This document shows positions 10,847 through 21,239 of a stretch of 64,000 bases of DNA, piece by piece. The translations under genes were made by a program, and so were the position numbers. This stretch comes from an uncultured bacterium. GTDB lineage: Bacteria > Zixibacteria > MSB-5A5 > GN15 > FEB-12. Numbering within the stretch: position 1 is the first letter of the stretch; every line of letters begins with the position of its first letter. The notes below the pieces were generated by a model. It did no database searches. It was not told the DNA's origin and was given only the letters and a program-made list of their open reading frames with translations. The stretch spans positions 1 to 64,000 of the forward strand of contig CBDVDR010000002.1 in assembly GCA_965372795.1 (NCBI GenBank). The letters run 5' to 3'.

Positions 10847-10918
10847 TTCTTATCCAATCATTTAGAATTAAAATATTATAGTTTGGAAGATGTGAGTCAA
10901 CATTAAACAGAGTGAAGC

Positions 10919-11377
10919 TTACAAATTGAGATCAATCAATGTAATCGTATAACTTGAATTATTTTCTGTTTGATTATTAAAAAACTGTGATAGTTCTATC
11001 AGAGAAATTGTCAAATTGTTGGCATTTGCACTATTTCCAAAAAGATTTATTAATTTATTTTGAGTCAGAGTTTGAGTTAATTGATGCCCGTTCTCTTTTT
11101 GAATAGTTAAAGAAACTTCCGCCGTTGAATGCCAAACTAATAACTGACTTGAAAAAGTATAGTCGGTCTCAATAAAACTTTCATTCAGCGAAGCAAATTT
11201 TTGATGCTCAGAATTAACGGCATATAAAAAATTATTTTCATCCAATAAAATTCCCGAAGGATTTATAACCGAAGCCGTGGCTCGAATTGTGGCAGAAACT
11301 CCACCGGATAATATCGGAGCATAGGTCAAAGCCAAGACTAAAACTGAAAGAACAATTTTTATAATATTTTTTATCAA
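10919..11377 (-). CDS. Secreted protein with pilin-like N-terminal strand and divergent body
   Basis: Signal peptide then SATIRATASVI; no LxFG or GxY...TVxY motifs. Lies inside the pilin cluster. Confidence 0.55.
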   Translation of the reverse strand: MIKNIIKIVLSVLVLALTYAPILSGGVSATIRATASVINPSGILLDENNFLYAVNSEHQKFASLNESFIETDYTFSSQLLVWHSTAEVSLTIQKENGHQLTQTLTQNKLINLFGNSANANNLTISLIELSQFFNNQTENNSSYTITLIDLNL

Positions 11378-11515
11378 AACGATATCCGTAGTAAAATTGC
11401 GAGTACAATTTTAAGATACCGTATAATAGAAATATGTCAAGACATGACAGTGCCTTGACTGAAAAATACAGCCAGATTATAAACAAAACTATGATTTCAA
11501 CTGACAGCTAAATTT

Positions 11516-12046
11516 TCAACTGCCAGTATATGCAACAGTTAAGACTACGTCGCCTGAATAATCTCCACCCGTTTGAGTCATGTTGGGATATACTGTACCA
11601 CCGATCCAGACAAACATAATTCCACCAATACCTAATCTCTCAGCCGACGGACCATTTGGGTTCAAAACTCCGCTCGGAGCTGTTTGCCCGCTTCCGGTTT
11701 GGTCATCAAATGAGGCGTCGGTATTATTGAAATTAATCCTCATCCCGGCAGAACTATCAATGACGTAGATCGAATCCGGCAGAATAAAATCAAGGGTTAT
11801 TTCAGCGATACTATTACCGTTGATCTCCCACTCACCGGCGAATCCAACCGAAGATTTATCAACTATCTTATCAATCCCGGGGATAACCGTTTCAAATCTC
11901 AAATTGTTGTTACCGATGATAGTGATAGCTGATATCACCGTCGCCGTAGCTTGGATTGTGGCACTTTCCTGAGCTTGAATCGGCTGAAATATAGCCAGAA
12001 TCAATAAAATCAGGGCAATATGGAAGTGCCGGTAATTCTTAGACAT
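11516..12046 (-). CDS. Pilin-like subunit (DUF4402-like), first gene of the cluster
   Basis: Signal peptide, SATIQATATVI, VWIGG, C-terminal GDYSGDVVLTVAYTGS; GGAGG SD upstream. Confidence 0.75.
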   Translation of the reverse strand: MSKNYRHFHIALILLILAIFQPIQAQESATIQATATVISAITIIGNNNLRFETVIPGIDKIVDKSSVGFAGEWEINGNSIAEITLDFILPDSIYVIDSSAGMRINFNNTDASFDDQTGSGQTAPSGVLNPNGPSAERLGIGGIMFVWIGGTVYPNMTQTGGDYSGDVVLTVAYTGS

Positions 12047-12087
12047 AAAATCCTCCCATAAATTCCGAGTACTTTGAAACAGTAAAT

Positions 12088-12104
12088 TGCAAGGAGGATG
12101 CCAA
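12088..12104 (-). promoter_or_regulatory. Sigma54 (-24/-12) promoter for the pilus cluster
   Basis: Minus strand TTGGCATCCTCCTTGCA (GG-N10-GC), about 40 nt upstream of the 12046 start. Confidence 0.7.
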
Positions 12105-12382
12105 AATTGACGAATTGATCTAAGGCTATGGATGATAGCATGATAAACGTGTAATAGTACGGTCGGCCAGACAATATTGTCGATTTTATATATGGGAATT
12201 ACCCCATAGTCTGTTTTGGAAAACTTATATATTTGGAATTAAAATATTATAAAACATTTTCTGCTAATTCGTTTTTTTTCATAAAGATAGCTAAGCCGGT
12301 GGGGGAATTTTCCGATACTATTAATAGGAGTTGTTCAAAATTTATACAGCAAAATAAATTCAATTTTGCGAAAGGTGACAGG

Positions 12383-13870
12383 ATGTCGCTGAAAAATTTA
12401 AAAACCTATCTTGCCCTTCTTATAATATTCACCGTTACAACTGCATCTATTTCAAGCCAGCAGATTCTATGGTCAAGTATCAACGGTGGACTATATAACG
12501 ATGAAGCTTACGCCTCGGTGCAAACCTCTGACAACGGCTATGCTGTCATTGGGTCAACCTATTCTTATGGTTCGGGAGACTATGATGTTTTTCTGCTAAG
12601 GTTAAACGAACGAGGCGACACTCTCTGGACAAAAACTTACGGCGGTTCCTCCGCTGAATATGGACGGGATATTATTGCTTCCCCTGATGGTGGCTTTTTG
12701 CTGGTCGGCTCAACCAAATCCGGTGGCTTCGGGTTAGGTGATGTCTATCTGGTGAAAACCGATAGTTTGGGTAATACTATCTGGATAAAAACCTATGGCG
12801 GGGGAGAAACTGATAATGGTTTCTCTATTAGAATGACTGCCGACTTGGGGTATGTTATCTGTGGAACTACCAACTCCTATGGTTATGGATATGGTGATGT
12901 TTATCTGATTAAAATTGATTCAATCGGCGTTGTTAAGTGGATCAGAACTTATGGCGGTGCCTTGGGCGATTCCGGAGCAGCCGTTCGTCTTTGTAATGAC
13001 GGAGGATTTATTATTGCCGGAGCCACCGGTTCATTTGGTGAAGGCTACAGTTCAATGTATGCTATCAGAACCGATGACAAAGGCGACACTCTCTGGACCA
13101 GAACATACGGCGGCGAAAATTCCGATTTTGGTTATTCGGTTGAACCAACCTATGATGGCGGTTTTATTTTTGGAGGAGCAACATCTTCGTTCGGAGCCGG
13201 ATATAACGATGCCTATTTGGTTAAGACCGACTTTGAAGGCACAGTTATGTGGGAAAAAACATTTGGCGGATATAAAGATGACAAAGCCTACTCTGTCTCA
13301 ACAACTTCAGATGGCGGATATATCCTGGGCGGTACGACCCAATCCTCAGGGGCTGGAAAACTCGATATGTATATTGTAAAAACCGATGCTAATGGTGACT
13401 CAAGCTGGACCAGAACTTTCGGTGGAACAAAATCAGATTACTGCCGGATGGTATATGAAGATTTTAAATTTAATTTTATCCTGATTGGCTATTCATATTC
13501 ATACTCCGCCGGTGGAGCCGATGCCTACGTAGTTAATGTTACTACTGATATGATCACGGCGGTTGGTGATCTGCCGGAATTGAATCTACCCAAATCATTT
13601 TCTTTAAAACAAAATTACCCCAATCCGTTTAACGCCACTACCCGAATTGAATATGATCTCTCAAGAAAATCAAATGTCACTCTCAGAATTTATAATGTTC
13701 TGGCGCAAGTTGTACAGGAATGGGATTACGGTTATCAATCAGCCGGAAATTATTCCGTTGACTGGGATGGATATAGTTCCAATGGTGTCTCGGTTGCAAG
13801 TGGTATATATTTTTATACTCTTATGATTGATGAATTCCATGAAACCAAAAAGATGGTTTTGCTGAAGTAA
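12383..13870 (+). CDS. Secreted beta-propeller repeat protein with QNYPNPFN/FlgD-Ig (T9SS-A-like) C-terminal domain
   Basis: About 8 repeats of ~50 aa (WxKTYGG...D...V..TxDGG...G...S.G.G..D.YLVKTD.xG). C-terminus SLKQNYPNPFN...IYNVL...WDG...SGIYFY...KKMVLLK. Start moved from 12233 to ATG 12383, which has an SD and begins a signal peptide. Confidence 0.85.
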   Translation: MSLKNLKTYLALLIIFTVTTASISSQQILWSSINGGLYNDEAYASVQTSDNGYAVIGSTYSYGSGDYDVFLLRLNERGDTLWTKTYGGSSAEYGRDIIASPDGGFLLVGSTKSGGFGLGDVYLVKTDSLGNTIWIKTYGGGETDNGFSIRMTADLGYVICGTTNSYGYGYGDVYLIKIDSIGVVKWIRTYGGALGDSGAAVRLCNDGGFIIAGATGSFGEGYSSMYAIRTDDKGDTLWTRTYGGENSDFGYSVEPTYDGGFIFGGATSSFGAGYNDAYLVKTDFEGTVMWEKTFGGYKDDKAYSVSTTSDGGYILGGTTQSSGAGKLDMYIVKTDANGDSSWTRTFGGTKSDYCRMVYEDFKFNFILIGYSYSYSAGGADAYVVNVTTDMITAVGDLPELNLPKSFSLKQNYPNPFNATTRIEYDLSRKSNVTLRIYNVLAQVVQEWDYGYQSAGNYSVDWDGYSSNGVSVASGIYFYTLMIDEFHETKKMVLLK

Positions 13871-13879
13871 TAAATTAGA

Positions 13880-14941
13880 TTAACAAATTCTCGGCAATTG
13901 TTCACCGACCGGCATATCAACTATGCGACGGCTTCCCATTATGGTTCGCATTGTAACCATCCCCGGGTTTTCAGAAACTACTTCACCTATGATTGAAGCC
14001 TTCTTGCCAAGCAGATCTTTTTTCATTAAAGCTAAAATACTATCGGCCTGATCTGCTTCAACTGCAAATATAATTTTACCTTCATTAGCGACCAGCAGCG
14101 GATCTAAGCCTAATAGCTCACAAGCCGATCTGACCGGTTCAGCCAGAGGAAGGGTTTCTTCAAAAAGAGTAATGCCAACTTTTGAACTAGAGGCAAACTC
14201 ATTAAGTGTCGCCGCTACTCCACCGCGGGTGGGGTCACGCATCGCATTGATGGCAGGTCCGTAATCTTTCATAATCGAATCAACCAGACCATTCAATGAG
14301 GCGCTGTCACTTTCAATCTCAGTCTCAAAAGCCAGGCCTTCACGTTTTGATAAAATTGCCACCCCATGATCTGCAATCGTTCCATTTATGATGATTTTAT
14401 TTCCGACTCTCAAATTATCCGATGAAATATTATAATCATGCTCAATTATACCTATCCCCGAACTGTTGATGAAAATTTTATCACCTTTCCCTTTATTGAC
14501 AACCTTTGTATCTCCGGTAACGATCTTCACACCGGCAATCTCTGATGCTCTTTTCATCGACTGTACAATTACATCAAGTTCCTTAATGGAAAATCCCTCT
14601 TCAATTATAAAACCGACGCTTAAATAAAGCGGCTTGGCACCACAGGTGCAGATATCGTTGACAGTTCCGTTAACAGCCAGATCACCGATATCACCGCCCG
14701 GGAAAAATATTGGATCGACCACAAAAGAATCAGTCGTAAATGCTAATCTTGACCCGTCAATATTTATAATTGCCTGATCGTTCTGCTTGTCCAGAGCATC
14801 ATTGCTGAATGCTTTAATAAAAATTTCCGAGATAAGATCGCTGGTCATTTTTCCGCCGCTGCCATGGCTAAGTTGAATTGTGGCATGACCGCCTATCGGG
14901 CGGGGACAGGTGCTTGCTTCTAATGTTGCTTTTTTACTCAT
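13880..14941 (-). CDS. hypE: [NiFe]-hydrogenase maturation carbamoyl dehydratase HypE
   Basis: HGSGG, FTTDSFVVDPIFFPGGDIG, MRDPTRGG and C-terminal LPRIC. Confidence 0.97.
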   Translation of the reverse strand: MSKKATLEASTCPRPIGGHATIQLSHGSGGKMTSDLISEIFIKAFSNDALDKQNDQAIINIDGSRLAFTTDSFVVDPIFFPGGDIGDLAVNGTVNDICTCGAKPLYLSVGFIIEEGFSIKELDVIVQSMKRASEIAGVKIVTGDTKVVNKGKGDKIFINSSGIGIIEHDYNISSDNLRVGNKIIINGTIADHGVAILSKREGLAFETEIESDSASLNGLVDSIMKDYGPAINAMRDPTRGGVAATLNEFASSSKVGITLFEETLPLAEPVRSACELLGLDPLLVANEGKIIFAVEADQADSILALMKKDLLGKKASIIGEVVSENPGMVTMRTIMGSRRIVDMPVGEQLPRIC

Positions 14942-14944
14942 GAT

Positions 14945-16045
14945 TTATAAAGTATCCAAATTATGACGGTGATATGAATAATAGGCGGCACAGGCGCCTT
15001 CTGATGAAACCATTGTTGCTCCCAAGGGTGTCAATGGGGTGCATTGTTTTCCAAAGGCTGGACACTCGACCGGTTTTTTTATCCCCTGTAAAATAACACC
15101 GCTAATACATTCTGACGGTTCATCCACTTCAAAATTGCCCAAATCAAAAAATATTTCCGCATCAAACCTTTCATAATTGATCGCCAGTTTATATCCGCTG
15201 TCGGGAATTGTTCCAATTCCTCGCCATTTCCTTGGTGTGATTTCAAATACTTCAGACAGAATTTCCTGAGCCTGAAGATTACCCTCTTCGGATACCACCC
15301 GTGGATAACAATTTTCTACTTTAGACTCACCCGCTTCAAGCTGTTTAACGACGGCCAGAATACCCTCAAGCAGATCAATCGGCTCAAATCCGGTGACAAC
15401 TATCGGAACCTTATATTTCTCAGCGATTGGCAGATATTCTTTATAACCCATAACTGTGCAAACATGACCGGCGGCAAGATACGCCTGGACTCGATTATTT
15501 GGAGAATCAAGTAATGATGACATGGCTGGTGGAACTAAGACATGAGATACCAGCAGGAAAAAATTATCAAGCTGCAATTTTTTTGCCTGATACACCGCCA
15601 TTGCTGTCGATGGGGCGGTCGTCTCGAATCCAACGCCGAAGAATACTACGTTTTTGTCAGGATTATCCTGCGCAATTTTAATCGCATCAAGCGGAGAATA
15701 AATAATGCGAACATCTCCGCCTTCTGATTTTACCATGAACAAATCTTTTTCAGACCCTGGTACTCGAAGCATATCTCCAAACGAGGTAAAAATCACATCA
15801 TCCCTTGAAGCAATAATCAACGCTTTATCAATTAGCTCCAGCGGAGTAACACAGACCGGACAGCCGGGACCATGCACAAGTTCAATTGAATCAGGCAGCA
15901 GTTGATCAATCCCGTTTCTGATAATGGAATGAGTTTGTCCTCCGCAGATTTCCATAATAACCCAAGGTTTTGTTGCTGTTTTTTTTATTTCTTCGATTAT
16001 TTTATGGGCTATAACCGGATCGCGAAACTCATCAAGATATTTCAT
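14945..16045 (-). CDS. hypD: Hydrogenase maturation protein HypD
   Basis: [33 protein letters not shown]. Confidence 0.97.
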   Translation of the reverse strand: MKYLDEFRDPVIAHKIIEEIKKTATKPWVIMEICGGQTHSIIRNGIDQLLPDSIELVHGPGCPVCVTPLELIDKALIIASRDDVIFTSFGDMLRVPGSEKDLFMVKSEGGDVRIIYSPLDAIKIAQDNPDKNVVFFGVGFETTAPSTAMAVYQAKKLQLDNFFLLVSHVLVPPAMSSLLDSPNNRVQAYLAAGHVCTVMGYKEYLPIAEKYKVPIVVTGFEPIDLLEGILAVVKQLEAGESKVENCYPRVVSEEGNLQAQEILSEVFEITPRKWRGIGTIPDSGYKLAINYERFDAEIFFDLGNFEVDEPSECISGVILQGIKKPVECPAFGKQCTPLTPLGATMVSSEGACAAYYSYHRHNLDTL

Positions 16046-16047
16046 AT

Positions 16048-16344
16048 TTATTCAGTCCCCTGTGAAGGGAGCTTTTCTTCAAGAGGCATTCCGAACGGAT
16101 CGAGCCCTTCTTTGATATTTTTTTCTGCTATCTCATCCCAAAGTTTTAATGTCTTTTGGGCTTCGGCTTCATCGAGTTTATTTAAGGCAAATCCGGCATG
16201 AACTATTACATATTCGCCGATTTTGATTTCCGGAAGGTATTCAAGGCAGGTTTTTTGAATTGTACCCGAATAATCAATCCGACCCATCTTCAAACCATTT
16301 TCATCTAAGATTTCAATTACTTTTCCGGGAATGGCAAGACACAT
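16048..16344 (-). CDS. hypC: Hydrogenase maturation chaperone HypC
   Basis: N-terminal MCLAIPG and VIVHAGFA. Confidence 0.97.
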   Translation of the reverse strand: MCLAIPGKVIEILDENGLKMGRIDYSGTIQKTCLEYLPEIKIGEYVIVHAGFALNKLDEAEAQKTLKLWDEIAEKNIKEGLDPFGMPLEEKLPSQGTE

Positions 16345-16358
16345 ATTTACCTCGGTCC

Positions 16359-18665
16359 TTAGTTTTGCAAAATTTCACCGGCTATCACAGCCTGACCCAA
16401 AGCAATCCCGCCATCATTGGCAGGAATATTTTTATGGGTTAATACATTAAAACTTTCTTGACCCAAACGGTCAACTATATATTCAAAAAATAATTGATTT
16501 TGATAAACGCCGCCACTCAAAGCAACATTATTTATTCCAAAGTAATCACGAGCTTTGATTGATGTCATTATAAATAATTCCGCAAGATTTACATGAAACC
16601 AGGCTGCAATGTGAGAAAGCGATTCACCTTGTTGCACTTTATGAACAATTCTTTTAATAATTTCGTCTATTGAAAGTTCATTAACCGTGGTAACTATAAT
16701 ATCAGGATCAAATAACCCCGGCGGTAATGAATCAAACTCTGAGCCGGCCGCCATCTCAAGGCTGATTGCCGGTTGAGCTTCATAATGTGCCTCATGACAG
16801 ATATTGATAAGGGCTGAAACTCCATCAAACAGCCGTCCGCAACTTGATGTCATCGGACAGTTTATCTTTTTGGCTATCATTTGCAAAACAGTCTTAATTT
16901 GCATCTTGGATAAATTTGATAACATCGGCAGCTTCAGCCGTTTCAAATCCTCACCAAATGCCCTCACCAAATAACTCAATGCCATTCGCCACGGTTCTTT
17001 AATCGAGGCAGTCCCGCCCGGCATCGGATGTTGCTCAAGCCAGCCAAATCGTTCTATCTTTTGAGCATTACCGACCAATATCTCACCGCCCCAGATAGTT
17101 TGGTCAAGTCCATAGCCGGTGCCGTCGAGAATTATGCCAATCGCCGGATCTGTCATTTTATTTTCCGCCAGGACCGAGGCCAGATGAGCGTGATGGTGTT
17201 GAATTTCTATCACCGGAAGCTTCTGAGCGTGCGCCCATTTGGTTGAAAGATACTCCGGATGTAAATCACAGGCAATAATGTCAGGCTCAATTTCCATTAA
17301 CTTTTTTAAATGAGAAATACTCTCTTCAAAAAATTGCATTGCCGCAGGATTATCAAGATCGCCGATATGCTGACTTAGAAAAATTTTATTTTCAGAAGTT
17401 AAAGCGATACAGCTTTTTAGCTCGGCACCGCAGGCAATAATATTTTTTGAGGGTTTAGCCGATACATAAACCGGATCAGGAACAAAACCGCGCGCCCGAC
17501 GGATTAGTCTTTTTTCATTTGATGCAATTCGAACAATCGAGTCATCACATCTTTGTAAAATTTCCCGATCATGTAAAAGGAAAAAATCGGCAATCTTATC
17601 AAGCCGATCAATCGCTTCCAGATTTTCAATCGCAATCGGTTCTTCCGACAAATTCCCGCTGGTCATTACCAAAGCTTCAAAATTATTTCGAAGAAGAAGA
17701 TAATGCAAGGGGGTATAAGGGAGCATCACACCAAAATATTGATTGTCATATACGGTCGAATTTGCAATTTTATTGGACAGCTTATTTTTTTTCAAAAGCA
17801 CTATCGGGCGGGTGTGATGGCTGATCATTTTTTCTTCTTCTGCAGAAATCAGACAATATTTTCTGACGGTCTTTATATCAGGCATCATTAAAGCCAATGG
17901 TTTTTCAAAACGATGCTTCCGTTCCCGAAGCAATTGCACGGCTGGTTCATCCATCGCATTTACAACCAGATGAAAACCGCCGATTCCTTTTACAGCACCA
18001 ATTTTGCCATCTTTAAGCAGTTTAACCGCTTCATCTATCGGATTATCACAATCAAATTTATTCCGGTTTTTGTAAATCGAAACCCGGGGACCGCATTCAA
18101 AACAGGCGTTTGGCTGGGCATGAAATCTTCTATTAGTCGGATCAGTATATTCGTTTAAACAATCTTCACACATCGGAAAAATATTCATTGATGTCTTAAG
18201 GCGGTCATAAGGAATATTTTTTACGATTGTATAACGCGGTCCGCAATTAGTACAATTAATAAACGGATATTGAAAACGTCTATCGGTTGGATCAAACAAC
18301 TCACCCAGACAATCATCACATAGACCAATATCTGGACTGATCAGGGTAGAGGCTTTATCATGGTTATCACTTGAAATAATTTCAAAGCTTGTGTCATTTA
18401 TTATCTGAATTGATTCAATCTTTTGTGAATCAATTCGCGCCAGATGAGGAAGATTGCTTGCCAGCGATTGTTTAAATATTTCAAAATTATTTTGTGCCCC
18501 TTCAACTTCAACCGTAACGCCCGAGGAGTCATTTTTAACAAAACCGTTTAATTGGCTTTCATGGGCAATGCGGTAAACAAACGGACGAAAGCCTACGCCC
18601 TGCACAATTCCATTGATCCGGAATCGCCATCGTCTATTCTCTGTAGAATTAGTTAGTTTTGGCAC
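16359..18665 (-). CDS. hypF: Carbamoyltransferase HypF
   Basis: Acylphosphatase GIVQGVGFRPF, Zn fingers (CTNCGPRY), QHHHAH, TSSCGRLFD, NDGGIALGQ. Confidence 0.97.
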   Translation of the reverse strand: MPKLTNSTENRRWRFRINGIVQGVGFRPFVYRIAHESQLNGFVKNDSSGVTVEVEGAQNNFEIFKQSLASNLPHLARIDSQKIESIQIINDTSFEIISSDNHDKASTLISPDIGLCDDCLGELFDPTDRRFQYPFINCTNCGPRYTIVKNIPYDRLKTSMNIFPMCEDCLNEYTDPTNRRFHAQPNACFECGPRVSIYKNRNKFDCDNPIDEAVKLLKDGKIGAVKGIGGFHLVVNAMDEPAVQLLRERKHRFEKPLALMMPDIKTVRKYCLISAEEEKMISHHTRPIVLLKKNKLSNKIANSTVYDNQYFGVMLPYTPLHYLLLRNNFEALVMTSGNLSEEPIAIENLEAIDRLDKIADFFLLHDREILQRCDDSIVRIASNEKRLIRRARGFVPDPVYVSAKPSKNIIACGAELKSCIALTSENKIFLSQHIGDLDNPAAMQFFEESISHLKKLMEIEPDIIACDLHPEYLSTKWAHAQKLPVIEIQHHHAHLASVLAENKMTDPAIGIILDGTGYGLDQTIWGGEILVGNAQKIERFGWLEQHPMPGGTASIKEPWRMALSYLVRAFGEDLKRLKLPMLSNLSKMQIKTVLQMIAKKINCPMTSSCGRLFDGVSALINICHEAHYEAQPAISLEMAAGSEFDSLPPGLFDPDIIVTTVNELSIDEIIKRIVHKVQQGESLSHIAAWFHVNLAELFIMTSIKARDYFGINNVALSGGVYQNQLFFEYIVDRLGQESFNVLTHKNIPANDGGIALGQAVIAGEILQN

Positions 18666-18682
18666 AAAGAAATGAAAATTTA

Positions 18683-19351
18683 TTATAGTTTCTTTTTATC
18701 TTCAATTAGCTTCAAAAGCCAATCATACCACTTTCCTAAACCTTCTTTGGAACGGCAGGAAATTTCAAAAAACTTCAGATCGCCGTTTATTGTCAAAGCA
18801 TTCTCCTTGACTCGGTTCAGCTCAAATTCTGAGGTCCCTAACAAATCAATTTTATTTATTATCATAACCGATGATTTTCGAAACATCCCCGGATATTTTA
18901 ACGGTTTGTCATCACCTTCTGTCGTACTGAGCATGACAACTTTCATATCTTCACCCAGATCGTAACTTGAGGGACAAACCAAATTACCAACATTTTCAAT
19001 AATCAACATATCAAGGCTGTCTAAATCGATACTTGCCAGGCTTTTTGTTATCATTTTGGCATCAAGATGACAGGCGCCGCCGGTAACTATCGGACGTACT
19101 ATTTTGCCGCCAGCTTTTTCTATCCTTTGGGCATCATTTTCAGTTTGCACATCGCCGGCAATAACAGCAATATTTATTTCATCCTTAAATTTCGACAATG
19201 TTCTCTCAAGCAAACTTGTTTTGCCAGAGCCCGGCGAGCTTACAAAATTTAAACAAGGAATTTTATGTTCTGCAAGGACCTCACGAATTTCATTAGCTAA
19301 TTTGTCATTCTCTGAAAGTACTTTTTTTTGGAGCTCTAATCTTTCGGGCAT
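18683..19351 (-). CDS. hypB: Ni-insertion GTPase HypB
   Basis: SSPGSGKT, GGACHLDA, ENVGNLVCP, NKID. Confidence 0.97.
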   Translation of the reverse strand: MPERLELQKKVLSENDKLANEIREVLAEHKIPCLNFVSSPGSGKTSLLERTLSKFKDEINIAVIAGDVQTENDAQRIEKAGGKIVRPIVTGGACHLDAKMITKSLASIDLDSLDMLIIENVGNLVCPSSYDLGEDMKVVMLSTTEGDDKPLKYPGMFRKSSVMIINKIDLLGTSEFELNRVKENALTINGDLKFFEISCRSKEGLGKWYDWLLKLIEDKKKL

Positions 19352-19357
19352 TTTATC

Positions 19358-19720
19358 TCACTTCTCATTGTTGTCATCATATTCAATATCAATGTATGAT
19401 ATATCAAGCTCGTTACCTTTTTCAACTGAAATATTATGTTTTTTACAAAAGGGGCATTTAAAAACAAAATTTTCTATAACTATCTCTTTGTTACAGTCTT
19501 GACATTTTCCAGATATATCAATTTTTTCAATATTTAAAATTGCACCCTCAAGCAGGGTATCTTTGGTGATAGCTTCAAAACCGAACTCCAATGCATCGGG
19601 AACGATATCGGTTAAAACGCCTATTTTCATTCCAACCGCAGTTATTTTGACCGCTTCTCTTTTAACTGCTTCTTGAAGCACGGTTTTAACGATTGATTCT
19701 GCAATTGCAAGTTCATGCAT
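19358..19720 (-). CDS. hypA: Ni metallochaperone HypA
   Basis: MHELAIA start, CQDC and CPFC Zn motifs, GNEL. Confidence 0.96.
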   Translation of the reverse strand: MHELAIAESIVKTVLQEAVKREAVKITAVGMKIGVLTDIVPDALEFGFEAITKDTLLEGAILNIEKIDISGKCQDCNKEIVIENFVFKCPFCKKHNISVEKGNELDISYIDIEYDDNNEK

Positions 19721-19781
19721 CAACGAGTCCTTCTAATATCTTCAAAAGATAGTATCCAACTACTGCAGATCAAAAGAAATT

Positions 19782-21239
19782 CTAACGTCCGAGAACTTTA
19801 TTCATCATTTCTACTGGGTTGATTCCAACCCTTGCAAACTTTTTTATCAGGAATGATGATTTCATTATCAACTTCATTGATTTAAAAAGATACTCTTTGC
19901 GGAAGGGGTCTTTGATTTTCATGAAATCAACCATTTTAGGCATATAGAAACGGCGATAGCAGTCAATGATTGCAATGTCAATATCTCTCAATGTCATATT
20001 GATCGGCTTGATTATCGGTTCAATCAGATTATAATTTCTGTAATCGTAATCTGCGATATGATCTTTAACTTCTTCATAAAAATCGGCATAAGGCCAGGGA
20101 GTGATAGCCAGGAAATGAGCAAAATCTGGATTAAACTCTTTTGCCATTAAAAAGGTTTTCTCAATCGACTCCTTCGTTTCATCCGGGAATCCAAGTACAA
20201 ACGATGTCTCTGAAATCATGTTATGTTCAGCAATTAAATTAATCGCCTGTCTCGATTCTGATACTGTGATTTCTTTATTCAATTTATCGAGCGTGGCTTG
20301 ATCAGTTGCTTCGGCTCCAACATAAATATGAATAATTCCCGATTTACGATATTTTGGTAAAATATCTTTATCACGGATAATATCTTCGACTCTGGTTTCA
20401 ATTAATATATGAATCCCGAGATCTGCCTGAATAATTCGATCAAGCAATTCTTCCCATCGGTCACGATCATAGGTCGGATATTCATCGGTAAATAAAAATA
20501 CATTGATGCCAAATTTTTTATTTAAAAAGATAATTTCATTAACGACTTTTTCAGGATTTCTCCCACGCCACATTTTATTCCAAAATTTCTGCTGGGAACA
20601 GAAAGTACAGCCATGATTACAGCCCCGCGAGGTCATTACAGAACCAAGCTTTGAATCGGCTATAACATAATATTTGTAAAGATCCCAATCCAAGATATCC
20701 CAATCGGTCTCAAGCGTATCAAGGTCTTCAACAAAGGGAAGTACCTTATTGACTTTTATTTTGCCATCTTCTTTAAATATCAAATTCGAGGTGTCATGTC
20801 GCTTTTCAACATCATCAAAGTTTTTCAAAAACTCATATAACGGCAATTCTCCTTCACTGCTAAGAATATAGTCAATACCCGATTTGTCATCATTGAATAT
20901 TTCTTTGAATGAAAAGGTCGGGTGGACACCCCCGATTATTGTGGTGCAATCAGGATTTACTTTTTTAGCTAATTGACAAAACTCCGAAGCATCCGGGTAA
21001 GTGGGCGTAATTGCGGTAGTTGCAAGAATATCATAATCGGTGGTTCTTAGTTTTTTTTCGATCTCTTTGAAATCATGGCGTAAAGTCATGGCATCGTAAA
21101 CCTCAGAATCCCATCCTGCTTTTTTTGCCTGAGCCGATAGATATACAAAACCAAGCGGAGGCCAACTGCCGGCAACTTCTACTACTCCGCAATGATAAGG
21201 TGGGGTGACAAATAATATCTTTTTTTTATTTTGAGCCAT
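19782..21239 (-). CDS. Cobalamin-binding (class B) radical SAM protein
   Basis: N-terminal B12-binding domain (PPLG...IIGGVHPT) and SRGCNHGCTFC CxxxCxxC motif. Confidence 0.9.
   Translation of the reverse strand: MAQNKKKILFVTPPYHCGVVEVAGSWPPLGFVYLSAQAKKAGWDSEVYDAMTLRHDFKEIEKKLRTTDYDILATTAITPTYPDASEFCQLAKKVNPDCTTIIGGVHPTFSFKEIFNDDKSGIDYILSSEGELPLYEFLKNFDDVEKRHDTSNLIFKEDGKIKVNKVLPFVEDLDTLETDWDILDWDLYKYYVIADSKLGSVMTSRGCNHGCTFCSQQKFWNKMWRGRNPEKVVNEIIFLNKKFGINVFLFTDEYPTYDRDRWEELLDRIIQADLGIHILIETRVEDIIRDKDILPKYRKSGIIHIYVGAEATDQATLDKLNKEITVSESRQAINLIAEHNMISETSFVLGFPDETKESIEKTFLMAKEFNPDFAHFLAITPWPYADFYEEVKDHIADYDYRNYNLIEPIIKPINMTLRDIDIAIIDCYRRFYMPKMVDFMKIKDPFRKEYLFKSMKLIMKSSFLIKKFARVGINPVEMMNKVLGR

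Noticed and set aside
19782..21239. BchE, HpnP or heme-synthase assignment for the radical SAM protein
   Set aside because: No photosynthesis or hopanoid context, and the B12-binding architecture differs from AhbC/AhbD. Left unassigned.
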